From the NCBI GenBank assembly GCA_034006805.1, contig JAVESC010000001.1, positions 42,627-106,626 of the forward strand: a stretch of DNA of 64,000 nucleotides. The letters run 5' to 3'. The notes under the pieces are model-generated. The model did no database searches and was not told the DNA's origin. It was given only the letters and a program-made list of their open reading frames with translations. How positions within the stretch are numbered: position 1 is the stretch's first letter; each line of letters opens with the position of its first letter. The DNA comes from Advenella sp. (GTDB taxonomy: Bacteria > Pseudomonadota > Gammaproteobacteria > Burkholderiales > Burkholderiaceae_B). Of the stretch, positions 1 through 10,025 are shown one piece after another. Both the position numbers and the translations under genes were made by a program.

Positions 1-1023
1 GTCAACCAGGCGGTGAAAGCGGCCGATAAGCACAAAAAAACCGCTTCATTCAAGGGGCTGCTTAATGCCTGCCTGCGCAATTTTTTGCGTAATAAAGAAT
101 CGTTAATGCAAACCATTGCCGTGCGCAGCGAGGTGCAATGGGGGTTTCCCAAATGGTGGATTCATCAGGTGCGCCAGGCCTATCCGGGGCAATGGCGCGA
201 AATCCTGGCATCGGCCGCAACACCCGGCCCCATGACGTTGCGGGTTAATACACGGCAAATCAGCCGTGAGGCATTACGCCAATTGTTTATTGAACAGGAT
301 ATACCGTGCCACGAAGCCGGGCATGCCGGTCTTGTGCTGGCGCAGGCCTTGCCGGTTACCCAAATACCCGGCTTTGAACAGGGCTGGTGGTCGGTTCAGG
401 ATGCCGGCGCGCAACTGGCCGGTGAAATTGTGCCGGTACACAATGGCATGCGGGTACTTGATGCCTGTGCCGCACCCGGCGGTAAAACGGCGCACCTGCT
501 TGAGCAGGCCAATCTTGATATGACGGTACTAGACGTGGATAGCCACCGGCTTGCCCGGGTAGAAGAAAATCTGGCCCGCCTGAAACTGGATGGCCCACAT
601 GTGCACATGCGGGCCGCTGATGCCGCTGAGCTGTCGCAGTGGTGGGATGGCGTACCGTTTGATCTGGTGCTGGCCGATGTGCCCTGCACGGCATCGGGCA
701 TTGTGCGCAGGCATCCAGATATCAAATGGCTCCGGCAAGAGGCAGACCTGACCAAAACCGCAGCCTTGCAAAGAGAGATTGCGCTGGCCTTGTGGCAAAC
801 GGTTGCCCCGGGTGGTTACTTGTTGTATGTTACCTGTTCCGTGTTTCCCATAGAAGGGCAGGAGCAGGCCCGTTACCTGGAAATGTCGCTGGCCGGTGCC
901 GAGCGGCTGGGAGCCCCCGGACAAATCCTGCCGCTGGCTGAACAGGCCGGTAGCGTTGCGCCCCATGACGGTTTTTATTATGCCTTGTTCCGGAAAAAAC
1001 CGGAATCAGGCAAGGACGGTTAA
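1..1023 (+). CDS. rsmB: 16S rRNA (cytosine967-C5)-methyltransferase RsmB, 5'-truncated by the window edge
   Basis: The frame is open from base 1 (track ORF 13..1023). SAM-binding VLDACAAPGGKT and catalytic Cys motifs DVPCTASG and YVTCS are present. The NusB-like N-terminal domain is missing, so the gene starts upstream of the window. Confidence 0.9.
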   Translation, partial: VNQAVKAADKHKKTASFKGLLNACLRNFLRNKESLMQTIAVRSEVQWGFPKWWIHQVRQAYPGQWREILASAATPGPMTLRVNTRQISREALRQLFIEQDIPCHEAGHAGLVLAQALPVTQIPGFEQGWWSVQDAGAQLAGEIVPVHNGMRVLDACAAPGGKTAHLLEQANLDMTVLDVDSHRLARVEENLARLKLDGPHVHMRAADAAELSQWWDGVPFDLVLADVPCTASGIVRRHPDIKWLRQEADLTKTAALQREIALALWQTVAPGGYLLYVTCSVFPIEGQEQARYLEMSLAGAERLGAPGQILPLAEQAGSVAPHDGFYYALFRKKPESGKDG

Positions 1024-1028
1024 AGAAC

Positions 1029-1661
1029 TTGAAGGATAATGTTTTTTCGCAATCCGCTTTTCAATGGTTTGGCCGTGTTTTTATGTGGTCGTTTTTGGCG
1101 GTTGTTTTGCTGTTGCCGGTATGGTTTTCTTATGCACAAGAGTTTCAGCAGGCCAAGCCCGATGCCTGGATAGAATCTCTCGCGCTGGACCAGGAAAAAG
1201 GCAGCTATACCTTGTCAGCCAATATTTCGTTAAACCTGGGTGAAGAGGTGCGTAATGCCGCTGAAAAAGGGGTGCCACTTTACTTCACTATCAATTTTGA
1301 AGTCATCAGGCCACAGACGTTATGGTTTGATAAAACAGAATTACAGCAGCAACATACCTGGCGTATCCAATACAATGCGCTGTTGCGCCAGTGGCGAATC
1401 AGTAACGGAGATCTCTCCATACCCGAGCTGTCGCTGGATGATTCCCTGCAGCATATTATTAACCTGGAAAGCTGGCCTATCAAAAACCTTGACCAGCTCA
1501 ACCCCACCATTAACTATGAAGGCAGGTTACGCCTGAAGCTGGATACTTCATTGCTCCCAAGGCCTTTTCAGATTAATGCATTCAACAGCAGTGCCTGGTC
1601 ATTATCGACACCATGGAAAAATTTCAACTTAAAAGTTTCGGACATAAAACCCGGTTCCTGA
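1029..1661 (+). CDS. DUF4390-like protein with an N-terminal hydrophobic anchor or signal
   Basis: 210-aa ORF with hydrophobic N-terminus WSFLAVVLLLPVWFSYA. It sits between rsmB and an NtrY-like kinase, which is the recurrent betaproteobacterial context for DUF4390. The family assignment is from memory of that context. Confidence 0.6.
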   Translation: MKDNVFSQSAFQWFGRVFMWSFLAVVLLLPVWFSYAQEFQQAKPDAWIESLALDQEKGSYTLSANISLNLGEEVRNAAEKGVPLYFTINFEVIRPQTLWFDKTELQQQHTWRIQYNALLRQWRISNGDLSIPELSLDDSLQHIINLESWPIKNLDQLNPTINYEGRLRLKLDTSLLPRPFQINAFNSSAWSLSTPWKNFNLKVSDIKPGS

Positions 1662-3976
1662 TTTCCTGGCTGGTGAAAATCAGCTTTATCGCCATTGTTT
1701 TGGCCGCTTTTGTCTTGCTGGGTTTGCTGGTGGGTTCAACGGGCAATACATCGCGCTTTGCACAGCAGTTTGATTTATTGCTGTTGCTTAATGGCGTGTT
1801 GGCCCTGGCCCTGTTTATCTGGGTGGCAACCCTAACCTGGCGGCTGATTCGTCAATTGCGCAAGAAAAAATTCGGTGCCCGCTTAACGTCCCGGTTTGCC
1901 ATGGCTTTTGCCGTGATGGCGATTATTCCGGGGGTGGTTATTTATTTGTTGTCGGTACAGTTCATGTCCCGCTCTGTCGAGTCATGGTTTAACGTCAAGG
2001 TGGATAGTGCGCTAGAGTCGGGACTAGCCCTGGGACGGGCTTCGCTGGATAGCCAGGTGGCTGATTTGCTGGTTCGGGCCAAAGCCATTTCCAGCGTTTT
2101 GTCACGGGTGCCCGAACAGGATATGCCCATGGAACTAACACGCCTGCGTGAAGCCAATGGCCTAAGTGATGCCCTGGTGTTTTCAGCGGCCGGCAATCGT
2201 GTGGTGGCTTTTTCTACTTCAAATTATGGCAGTTTGTTGCCCTCTATGCCGCCGCCTACCATTGTGAACCAGCTTAAGCTGTCACGACAATATGCCCGGG
2301 CCGAAGATACCGGCAACGCAGACCTGCCAAGTCCACAGCTCCGGATCAGGGTAATTGTGCCCGTGTTTACCCATTCCTTCCGTTTTGATGTCCCATTGGG
2401 GGCCGCTCCAGAACCGTATTGGCTACAATTGACCCACCTGGTGTCCGAGAGTCTGGGTAATCATTTGAATCAGGTGCAACAGGGTTTTCGCGATTATGAA
2501 GAGCTGGCGCTGTCACGTACCGGGATTCGCAATTTGTATGGCATTACCCTGACCATGGCCTTGCTGCTGACGGTGTTTGCCTCTATTGGTGTGGCGCTGG
2601 CCATTGCCCGGCAGCTGGTTCAGCCCTTGCTGAATCTGGCCGAGGGGACCCAGGCCGTGGCAGTGGGTGATTACCGGCCTTTGCCCGAACCGGATGCCAA
2701 GGATGAAGTGGGGCAACTCACGCGCTCGTTCAATATGATGACGCATCAGCTTGATGAGGCGCGCAAACAGGTGGAGCTTAACCGCCTGCAACTGGAGCGT
2801 TCCAATGTATATCTGGAAAGCGTGATGGAAGGGTTGTCATCGGGGGTGATCGTATTTGATGCACGGTTTAACGTAACCACTGTGAACAAAGGCGCACAGA
2901 CTATCCTGAATGAAGACTTGCGCTCGGTGCCAGGCCGGCCGCTAGAGGTGGTGGATAACCTGATTGAATTTACGCAGGATATCCGCAAGGCATTTTCCAA
3001 TCATGCGGCGGTGGGTTCGGGGCGCCATTATTGGCAAGAACAAATAGAAATTATTATTGGTGTGGAATCTGGCGACGACCAGAAAAAGGTCACACTTTTG
3101 ATGCGTGGCACGCGGCTTCGGGTAGATGGCCGGCAAACGGGTTATGTGGTGGTTTTTGATGATATTTCAGAAGTTATTTCCGCCAATCGTGCGGTCGCCT
3201 GGGGAGAGGTGGCACGCAGGCTGGCCCATGAAATCAAGAATCCGCTAACGCCTATTCAGTTGTCGGCCGAAAGGCTGGCCATGAAGTTGACTGACAAACT
3301 GGAAGAGGCCGACGCAAATATGTTGATTCGTTCAACCAATACGATTGTGAACCAGGTGACCTCCCTGAAAAAAATGGTGGATGATTTCCGCGAATATGCC
3401 CGAACACCGCCTGCACAGATGCAACACGTTAATATAAATGCTTTAATAACGGATCTTGCATTGCTGTATGGCTGGGACCCTGAAGGAAATCATGTTGAAG
3501 AACCGCTTAACCGGCGGATAGGTCTGAAACTGGATGCCATGCTGCCAGAGGTCGAGGCTGATTCGACCCAGTTGCGTCAGGTGCTGAATAATTTGATGGC
3601 TAACTCCCGTGATGCCATGGTTGATATCGAACTTGACGGGGACGAACCAGGCATTACCATTCAGACCATGCTCACAAAAGTTGCAACGGGAGCCACTGAA
3701 GAAGGTGAAGCGGTTAGAATAATGCTCGAGGATCGGGGCTGTGGATTTACCTCACAGGTTTTACAGAATGCTTTTGAGCCATACGTAACGACCAAAGTGC
3801 ATGGCACGGGTCTTGGATTGGCAATTGTTCGTAAAATAATCGAAGAACATGGGGGCAAGATTGATATTTCAAATCGCAAGGAAGGTGGCGCCCGCATCTC
3901 GATTTTACTCACGCGACTTGTGAAGAAAAGCAAAAAACCATGTCCTGATGGTTATAATTCGATTAATCAGATTTAA
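1613..3976 (+). CDS. NtrY-like sensor histidine kinase (TM-HAMP-PAS-HisKA-HATPase)
   Basis: 787 aa with N-terminal TM helices. H-box AHEIKNPLTPI, N-box NLMANSRDA, G-boxes DRGCGF and GTGLGLAIV. The ATG at 1613 overlaps the previous ORF by 49 nt. An in-frame GTG at 1673 is an alternative start. Confidence 0.85.
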   Translation: MEKFQLKSFGHKTRFLISWLVKISFIAIVLAAFVLLGLLVGSTGNTSRFAQQFDLLLLLNGVLALALFIWVATLTWRLIRQLRKKKFGARLTSRFAMAFAVMAIIPGVVIYLLSVQFMSRSVESWFNVKVDSALESGLALGRASLDSQVADLLVRAKAISSVLSRVPEQDMPMELTRLREANGLSDALVFSAAGNRVVAFSTSNYGSLLPSMPPPTIVNQLKLSRQYARAEDTGNADLPSPQLRIRVIVPVFTHSFRFDVPLGAAPEPYWLQLTHLVSESLGNHLNQVQQGFRDYEELALSRTGIRNLYGITLTMALLLTVFASIGVALAIARQLVQPLLNLAEGTQAVAVGDYRPLPEPDAKDEVGQLTRSFNMMTHQLDEARKQVELNRLQLERSNVYLESVMEGLSSGVIVFDARFNVTTVNKGAQTILNEDLRSVPGRPLEVVDNLIEFTQDIRKAFSNHAAVGSGRHYWQEQIEIIIGVESGDDQKKVTLLMRGTRLRVDGRQTGYVVVFDDISEVISANRAVAWGEVARRLAHEIKNPLTPIQLSAERLAMKLTDKLEEADANMLIRSTNTIVNQVTSLKKMVDDFREYARTPPAQMQHVNINALITDLALLYGWDPEGNHVEEPLNRRIGLKLDAMLPEVEADSTQLRQVLNNLMANSRDAMVDIELDGDEPGITIQTMLTKVATGATEEGEAVRIMLEDRGCGFTSQVLQNAFEPYVTTKVHGTGLGLAIVRKIIEEHGGKIDISNRKEGGARISILLTRLVKKSKKPCPDGYNSINQI

Positions 3977-4015
3977 ATAATAGTACTGATGTACGTTAGT
4001 AATAGGTGACTACAT

Positions 4016-4741
4016 ATGGCCAGAATACTGGTGGTAGACGATGAAATTGGAATTCGTGAGCTTCTTTCTGAAATTTTGTATGACGAAGGTCATACGGTGG
4101 AACTCGCTGAAAATGCTTCCCAGGCGCGTGCCGCGCGCCTGAGATACCGGCCAGACCTGGTCTTGCTTGATATCTGGATGCCCGATACCGATGGGGTCAG
4201 TCTGCTAAAAGAATGGGGCTCACAGGGATTGCTGGATATGCCGGTCATTATGATGAGTGGACATGCTACGGTTGATACCGCCGTAGAGGCAACCCGCATT
4301 GGCGCCATGGATTTTCTTGAAAAGCCCATTACCTTGCAAAAGCTGCTTAAAACGGTCCAGTCTGGCCTGGCGCGTCCGCATGCCAAACAGGTATTGGCTT
4401 CTGCCGGTATGGTACCTGCTGCACGGCCTGCTCCTGCCGCAACAAAAGTAGCGGCAACCCCGGCTTTTGCCGCTGCGCCAGCTACTGTTGCGGCCGCAGC
4501 CGCTGCACCGGCAGCCAATGCCGCGCCGCAGCCACAGGGTTCCATGTTGGGTAATATTACCCTTGATCAGCCTTTGCGCGATGCACGGGATGAGTTCGAA
4601 CGGGTTTATTTTGAATACCATCTGGTTCGAGAAAACCACAGCATGACACGCATTTCAGAAAAAACCGGGCTTGAACGCACCCACCTGTACCGCAAACTGC
4701 GCCAGCTGGGTATCGACTCATCCCGCAAGCGCAACGCCTAG
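4016..4741 (+). CDS. Response regulator: receiver domain, Ala/Pro-rich linker, Fis-type HTH (NtrX-like but without an AAA+ domain)
   Basis: VVDDE, LLDIWMPDTDG and LEKP receiver motifs. C-terminal HTH TRISEKTGLERTHLYRKLRQLGI. Only 241 aa. Confidence 0.85.
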   Translation: MARILVVDDEIGIRELLSEILYDEGHTVELAENASQARAARLRYRPDLVLLDIWMPDTDGVSLLKEWGSQGLLDMPVIMMSGHATVDTAVEATRIGAMDFLEKPITLQKLLKTVQSGLARPHAKQVLASAGMVPAARPAPAATKVAATPAFAAAPATVAAAAAAPAANAAPQPQGSMLGNITLDQPLRDARDEFERVYFEYHLVRENHSMTRISEKTGLERTHLYRKLRQLGIDSSRKRNA

Positions 4742-4756
4742 TTTTCGTCTTTTTCC

Positions 4757-6133
4757 ATGAAGATCCTCATCATCGGGGCAGGGCGCGTAGGTTCCAGTGT
4801 GGCCGAAAACCTGGTGTCAGAACAAAATGACATCACGGTGGTTGATACCAACCCCGATCGGCTGACCTACTTGCAAGAGCGCTTCGATTTGCGCTGCGTG
4901 TTGGGTGATGGCTCATTGCCCGATGTGCTTGAAGAAGCCGGCGCCGATGATACCGATCTTCTGGTGGCTTGTGCCGCCACCGATGCGGCTAATCTGGTGG
5001 CGTGTGCCATTGCCCGTGATGTTTTCAATATCCCCCGCCGCATTGTCAGGGTCAGGGGGCAGTCTTATTCCGACAATGAAACCTTGCTGGCTGAAAGCTT
5101 TGGGGTTGATTTCATTATCAGTCCCGAAAAAAGCGTTACGCAGTATCTTTATAGCCTGATCGAGTTTCCCGAGGCCTTGCAGGTGGTGGAATTTGCGCAG
5201 GGCCGGGTTAGTGTGGTCATTCTAAAAGTAGGGCGTAAAAGCTCCTTAATTGGCCATCATATCGATGCAACGCACCTGAACCTGCCCAACCTGAATACCC
5301 GTATCCTAGAGGTCATGCGGGGCGAGGTTTCCATTCCCATGAACCAGGTTGGTGCCATTCGGGTCAATGATGAACTGGTGCTGGCCATAGATACCCGGCA
5401 GGCCCGTGAAAGTATCGCTTCTTTTCATAAAGAAAAAAAACGCATCCGTTCTATCATGATTGCCGGTGGTGGCAATATTGGTTATCGGCTGGCCAAAGAG
5501 CTGGCCGAAGATAATTACAATATCCGTATTATTGAAAGCAATAAGGCGCGTTGCGAGTGGCTGGCTTCCATGCTGCCCGAAAACGTGCTGGTATTGCATG
5601 GCAACGGAACCGATGAGTCCTTGCTGGAAAGTGAGAATATTGCCGACATGGACACCTGGTTGGCCTTAACCAACGATGATGAAGATAACATCATGTCTTC
5701 CTTATTGGCCAAGCGTTTGGGGGCCCGCAAGGTGATTGCCCTTATCTCGCGGCAGGCTTATGGCGAACTTATGCAGGGCAGCATGATCGATATCGCGGTG
5801 TCGCCCGCACAGGCCACCATTGGCGCCTTGCTGCGCGATGTACGCCAGGGGGCGGTGGTGGCCGGTCACCGTTTGCGTCGCGGTGCCGCCGAGGTGATTG
5901 AATTTGAGGTGCTGGGTGATATCCGCAGCTCAAAAATGGTCGATCGTTCGGTCAAGGATATTCAGTTTCCAAAATCCTCAACACTGGCGGTTATTTTCCG
6001 CGAAGGTTATTTAATCATGCCCGAGCCCGATACCGTGATTCGCCAGTCAGACCACGTCATTGTTTATGCGGCCAATCGTGAAACCATGAAAAAAGTTGAA
6101 AAAATGTTTCAGGTTTCGGCCATGTTTGTCTAG
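4757..6133 (+). CDS. trkA: Trk potassium uptake system NAD-binding subunit TrkA
   Basis: 458 aa with two Rossmann repeats, IIGAGRVG and IAGGGNIG. Immediately upstream of trkH. Confidence 0.92.
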   Translation: MKILIIGAGRVGSSVAENLVSEQNDITVVDTNPDRLTYLQERFDLRCVLGDGSLPDVLEEAGADDTDLLVACAATDAANLVACAIARDVFNIPRRIVRVRGQSYSDNETLLAESFGVDFIISPEKSVTQYLYSLIEFPEALQVVEFAQGRVSVVILKVGRKSSLIGHHIDATHLNLPNLNTRILEVMRGEVSIPMNQVGAIRVNDELVLAIDTRQARESIASFHKEKKRIRSIMIAGGGNIGYRLAKELAEDNYNIRIIESNKARCEWLASMLPENVLVLHGNGTDESLLESENIADMDTWLALTNDDEDNIMSSLLAKRLGARKVIALISRQAYGELMQGSMIDIAVSPAQATIGALLRDVRQGAVVAGHRLRRGAAEVIEFEVLGDIRSSKMVDRSVKDIQFPKSSTLAVIFREGYLIMPEPDTVIRQSDHVIVYAANRETMKKVEKMFQVSAMFV

Positions 6134-6141
6134 GAAATGGA

Positions 6142-7611
6142 ATGCGCAGTATCCTGAATGTCTTGCATGCGCTTGGTTTGACGATGGTGGTGTTCTCACT
6201 CACCTTGCTGTTCCCTTATTTTTTTTCACGGCTGTTTCAGGATGGGGCCGATCAAAGTATTCTGACCAGCTTTATGCTGGCGGCTGGCAGCGGTCTGTTG
6301 CTTTGGTTGCTAACTTACCCGTTTCGTCGTGAGTTGCGCCCGCGTGACGGGCTGCTGCTGGTATTTCTGGTGTGGACGGTATTCCCCCTGCTGGCAGCGC
6401 TGCCTTTAATGCTTGAAGCCAGCCATGTTGGTGTGGCGCTGTCGTTTACCCATGCCTATTACGAGGCCATGTCTGGGTTAACTACCACCGGTGCTTCGGT
6501 ATTGCCCGATGTCACAAAATTACCTGAATCCCTTAATCTTTGGCGGCATACGCTGGTATGGTTTGGTGGCATGGGTATTTTGGTGCTGGCGGTGGCTATT
6601 TTACCCATGTTGGGGGTAGGTGGGCATCAGGTCATGCGCGGCGAGATTCCGGGGCCCATGAAAGAAGAAAAATTAACCCCCCGTATTGCCGGTACCGCCA
6701 AGGTGTTGTATGGCATTTATTTCTCGGCTTCGCTATTGTGCCTGATTGCTTATCGCCTGGTTGGCCTGAACTGGTTTGATGCCTGGTGCCATACCGCATC
6801 TACCATGGGGCTGGGGGGCTTTTCCACTTACAGTGGCGGCTTTGTCGATATCAATTCGCAAGCAGCAGAAATGGTGGCGATGGTGTTTATGCTATTTGCC
6901 GGTATTAACTTTGCCACCCATTTCAAGGTTATCCGCAATCGTGATTTGTCTATTTACCGGGCCTGTCCCGAAACGATTCCGTTCTTGCGTCTGGTGCTGC
7001 TCAGTGGTGCACTAATCAGCCTTTACCTGTTCTTTTCTCACGAATACGGCAGTCTGGCTGACGCGTTCCGGTATGGCATGTTCAATACTATTTCCGTGGC
7101 AACGACTACCGGTTTTTCCAATGTGGATTACCTGCAGTGGCCGCTGTTTTTGCCGATTGTCATGTTATTGCTGGGGGCGTGTGCCACTTCGTCGGGTTCT
7201 ACCGGTGGCGGCATCAAAATGATCCGCCTGATTTTGGTGATCAAGCAGATCCGCACTGAAATCCGTCATATATTGCATCCGCATGCGGTGTTCCCGGTCA
7301 GGCTGGGCGCGCGTATTATTGATCAGGGGGTCATTATGTCCATCATGGTTTTCATGTTGGTGTATGCCCTGACCTTAATGGCGCTTTCCGCCGTCATGCT
7401 GTTGTCGGGCCTTGAATCCACCACGGCGTTTTCCGCTATTTTTGCCAGTCTTAATAATATTGGCCCCGGGCTGGGCAGTGTCGGGCCCATGGGCAACTAC
7501 AGCGCCTTGTCCGACTTCCAGATCTGGGTATGTACTCTGGCCATGCTAATCGGGCGTTTGGAACTGTTCACCGTACTGGTTATTTTCACGCCCGGGTTCT
7601 GGCGCCGTTAA
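6142..7611 (+). CDS. trkH: Trk potassium uptake system membrane subunit TrkH
   Basis: 489-aa polytopic membrane protein with the SSGSTGGGIKM selectivity-type motif. Follows trkA. Confidence 0.92.
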   Translation: MRSILNVLHALGLTMVVFSLTLLFPYFFSRLFQDGADQSILTSFMLAAGSGLLLWLLTYPFRRELRPRDGLLLVFLVWTVFPLLAALPLMLEASHVGVALSFTHAYYEAMSGLTTTGASVLPDVTKLPESLNLWRHTLVWFGGMGILVLAVAILPMLGVGGHQVMRGEIPGPMKEEKLTPRIAGTAKVLYGIYFSASLLCLIAYRLVGLNWFDAWCHTASTMGLGGFSTYSGGFVDINSQAAEMVAMVFMLFAGINFATHFKVIRNRDLSIYRACPETIPFLRLVLLSGALISLYLFFSHEYGSLADAFRYGMFNTISVATTTGFSNVDYLQWPLFLPIVMLLLGACATSSGSTGGGIKMIRLILVIKQIRTEIRHILHPHAVFPVRLGARIIDQGVIMSIMVFMLVYALTLMALSAVMLLSGLESTTAFSAIFASLNNIGPGLGSVGPMGNYSALSDFQIWVCTLAMLIGRLELFTVLVIFTPGFWRR

Positions 7612-7613
7612 GT

Positions 7614-8084
7614 TCAGATGCTTCCGGCATAGCCGATGTGACGCCATGCTTCGTAAACCGTAATGGCAACCGCATTGGACAGGTTCAGGCTGCGTGAGTC
7701 GGGGCGCATGGGCAGGCGCACGGCATTTTCAATGCCAATGGTGTCCCATTCTTCGGGCTTGAGCCCGGCGGTTTCCCGGCCAAAAACAAATACATCTCCA
7801 TCGGCAATGCTAATGTTGCCAATGTGGCGTTGGCCTTTGGTGGAAATGGCAAAAATATGGCCGCTTGCCGCGCCGGTAGATGCGATGGCTTCGGGTAGCG
7901 TGTCGTGAACGTTGATATCGGCCCACTCATGATAGTCCAGCCCGGCACGGCGCAAACGTTTGTCGTCTAGCATAAAGCCCAGTGGTTTAACCAGGTGCAG
8001 CTGGATGCCGGTGTTGGCAGCCAGGCGAATGATATTGCCGGTATTGGCGGGAATTTCGGGTGAAACAAGAATAATATGAAACAT
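7614..8084 (-). CDS. trmL: tRNA (cytidine/uridine34-2'-O)-methyltransferase TrmL (SpoU family)
   Basis: 156-aa SpoU/TrmH-type protein starting [21 protein letters not shown], with the C-terminal knot region LNLSNAVAI. Confidence 0.85.
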   Translation of the reverse strand: MFHIILVSPEIPANTGNIIRLAANTGIQLHLVKPLGFMLDDKRLRRAGLDYHEWADINVHDTLPEAIASTGAASGHIFAISTKGQRHIGNISIADGDVFVFGRETAGLKPEEWDTIGIENAVRLPMRPDSRSLNLSNAVAITVYEAWRHIGYAGSI

Positions 8085-8092
8085 GCGATTGC

Positions 8093-8857
8093 TTAAAAAT
8101 GTTTGGGGGGTGTGCGGGCAATGGCCAGGGCATCCACCTGCTGCACACCGGCGGCCAGCAAGGCACGAGCGGCACTGTCAATGGTGCTGCAGGTGGTGAC
8201 TATATCGTCAACCAGAATGGCATGGGGTATGTCCAGGCGGCGCGAACAATAATATAAACCGGCAGCAGCTGCACGACGGGCGTGACGGGACAGGCTGGAT
8301 TGCTTCAGATGCTGGTCATGGCGGTGCAGAACAAAATGTTCAACGGGTAATTGTAGTTTTTTTCCAAGCTGTTGTGCAAACTCTGCCGCCGGATTGAAAC
8401 CACGCCGGGACAGTGACTGCCGGCTGCCCGGAATAGGGATCAGGCAGGTGTTGGCAAGCGGCAACACGTCCTGGTGTTGCAACTGTTGGTATAGCAACTC
8501 GGCAAAAGCCGGCGCCAGATCAAGTTGTCGGCCGTTTTTGTAGCGCAACACCAGGCTGTCCAGTGGATGCACATAATCAAAGGCAACCGTTATTTTTCCG
8601 GTATGAAGCGCCTGTTCGCGACAGTCGGGGCAGGGGGCCTGGTTTGGCAGGGCCAGACAACAGTGGGCGCACCGATAGGGATGGTTTTGCATGGAGTGCA
8701 AAATATCGTTGCGGCAGTCGGGACAGAATCTTTCACCCGTGCAGCTTGTGCCGCATAAGGGGCAGGTGCCTGGCAAGGCAAGCGTTAAGCGGCTGGCCAG
8801 CTGTTTGGCCTGCTTGGCAAGCCAGCCTAATCTTTTGTTTTCGTAAGGGTTTTGCAC
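8093..8857 (-). CDS. comF: ComF family protein (phosphoribosyltransferase domain with N-terminal Cys-rich zinc-finger region)
   Basis: CPLCG..CPDC and CAHC..CPDC cysteine pairs. PRTase motif [12 protein letters not shown]. Sits 8 nt upstream-of-stop from trmL on the same strand. Confidence 0.75.
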   Translation of the reverse strand: MQNPYENKRLGWLAKQAKQLASRLTLALPGTCPLCGTSCTGERFCPDCRNDILHSMQNHPYRCAHCCLALPNQAPCPDCREQALHTGKITVAFDYVHPLDSLVLRYKNGRQLDLAPAFAELLYQQLQHQDVLPLANTCLIPIPGSRQSLSRRGFNPAAEFAQQLGKKLQLPVEHFVLHRHDQHLKQSSLSRHARRAAAAGLYYCSRRLDIPHAILVDDIVTTCSTIDSAARALLAAGVQQVDALAIARTPPKHF

Positions 8858-8927
8858 AGAATCGGGTAAGTCTTATTTACAATATGGGCTTATCAAATCA
8901 TTTTCTGGCCGTATTAACAATACGTCA

Positions 8928-9860
8928 GTGATCTCAATGTCCCAGGCTATTTATTCCCCCCAGGTTTTGCCCATCAATTCCGCACACGTTATCCAGCAAT
9001 TTTCCCGTCGTGGTTTATTGGAAGATTCCCGTTTTTTTTATGATGAAATCAGCCGCCGCATGATTGGGCGCTTAAGTTATATCCGCCTTAATCCTGAAAC
9101 GGTGGTTGATGCTGGCTGTGGTCCGGGGCATTCGCTTGAAGCGCTTGGTGAACGGTTCCCGAAAGCCCGCCTGCTTGGGGTGGACAGTTGCCCTGCATTT
9201 ATCGAGCACTGTAAAAAAACATATTTGCCCAAGGGCATGCAGGCATGGATCTCAAAACTGGGTCGCAAAAGCCAGGATGCATTCCATCTGGCCGATTTGG
9301 CGGCCATGCCGCTGGCGGCTGAATCAACCGGCCTGGTCTGGTCCAATATGGCCCTGCATTGGCACCCCGAACCGCATAAGGTCATTGCCGAATGGCGGCG
9401 GGTGATACAGGTTGGCGGCATTTGCATGTTTTCCTGTTTGGGCCCCGGCACGTTCATTCAGTTGCGTCAGGCTATTGAAACCGCCGGTATCCAGACTAAA
9501 ACCGTGTCTTTTGTTGATATGCATGATTTTGGCGATATCTTGCTGGAGCACGGTTTTGTGGATCCGGTTATGGACCAGGAAGTGATTACGCTGACCTACC
9601 AAAGCCCGCAAAAACTGCTGGCAGATGTGGCGGCCCTTGGTGGAAATCCAACCATTGGCCGCCATAACGGGCTGGTTGGTCGCCAGTGGTACCAGCGCCT
9701 GTGTGATGCTCTTGAGCAGCAGCGTCAACCCGATGGCAAACTGCACTTAAGCCTTGAAGTGGCTTATGGCCATGCCTGGAAAAGTGCCGTGCACAAAACG
9801 GCAGCCGGCGAGACGCATATTTCCCTGAGCTCCATTGGTGGAAGAAAATCACAACATTGA
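8928..9860 (+). CDS. bioC: Malonyl-ACP O-methyltransferase BioC-like class I SAM methyltransferase
   Basis: SAM motif VVDAGCGPG. Divergent from comF, as in related Burkholderiales. The ATG at 8937 is an alternative start. Confidence 0.7.
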   Translation: MISMSQAIYSPQVLPINSAHVIQQFSRRGLLEDSRFFYDEISRRMIGRLSYIRLNPETVVDAGCGPGHSLEALGERFPKARLLGVDSCPAFIEHCKKTYLPKGMQAWISKLGRKSQDAFHLADLAAMPLAAESTGLVWSNMALHWHPEPHKVIAEWRRVIQVGGICMFSCLGPGTFIQLRQAIETAGIQTKTVSFVDMHDFGDILLEHGFVDPVMDQEVITLTYQSPQKLLADVAALGGNPTIGRHNGLVGRQWYQRLCDALEQQRQPDGKLHLSLEVAYGHAWKSAVHKTAAGETHISLSSIGGRKSQH

Positions 9861-9914
9861 GCCGGACATAAGTTGAACCGGACATAACAGAACGAGATAT
9901 AAAAGTTCAAACCT

Positions 9915-9941
9915 AAAACACGTTTACCAACGTGTTTTTTT
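9915..9941 (+). terminator. Rho-independent terminator after bioC
   Basis: Stem aaaacacgtt / aacgtgtttt with loop tacc, followed by a T run. Confidence 0.7.
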
Positions 9942-9945
9942 GATA

Positions 9946-9966
9946 TTTGCTTGATTTTTGCTTGAT
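9946..9966 (+). promoter_or_regulatory. Direct repeat TTTGCTTGAT x2 phased at 11 bp; candidate OmpR-family regulator box
   Basis: tttgcttgat at 9946-9955 and again at 9957-9966. A possible -10 TATTCT lies at 9989-9994. The repeat is 60 nt upstream of the GT2 ORF start. Confidence 0.35.
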
Positions 9967-10025
9967 GTTTCCTTGTTGCGGCAAGACGTATTCTTGCGCC
10001 TGTCATGTTCAAAATATGAAAGCAG

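Noticed and set aside
4376-4543. GC-rich reiterated segment considered as a tandem repeat or array
   Set aside because: It stays in frame within the response regulator and encodes an Ala/Pro-rich linker. There is no spacer-repeat periodicity.
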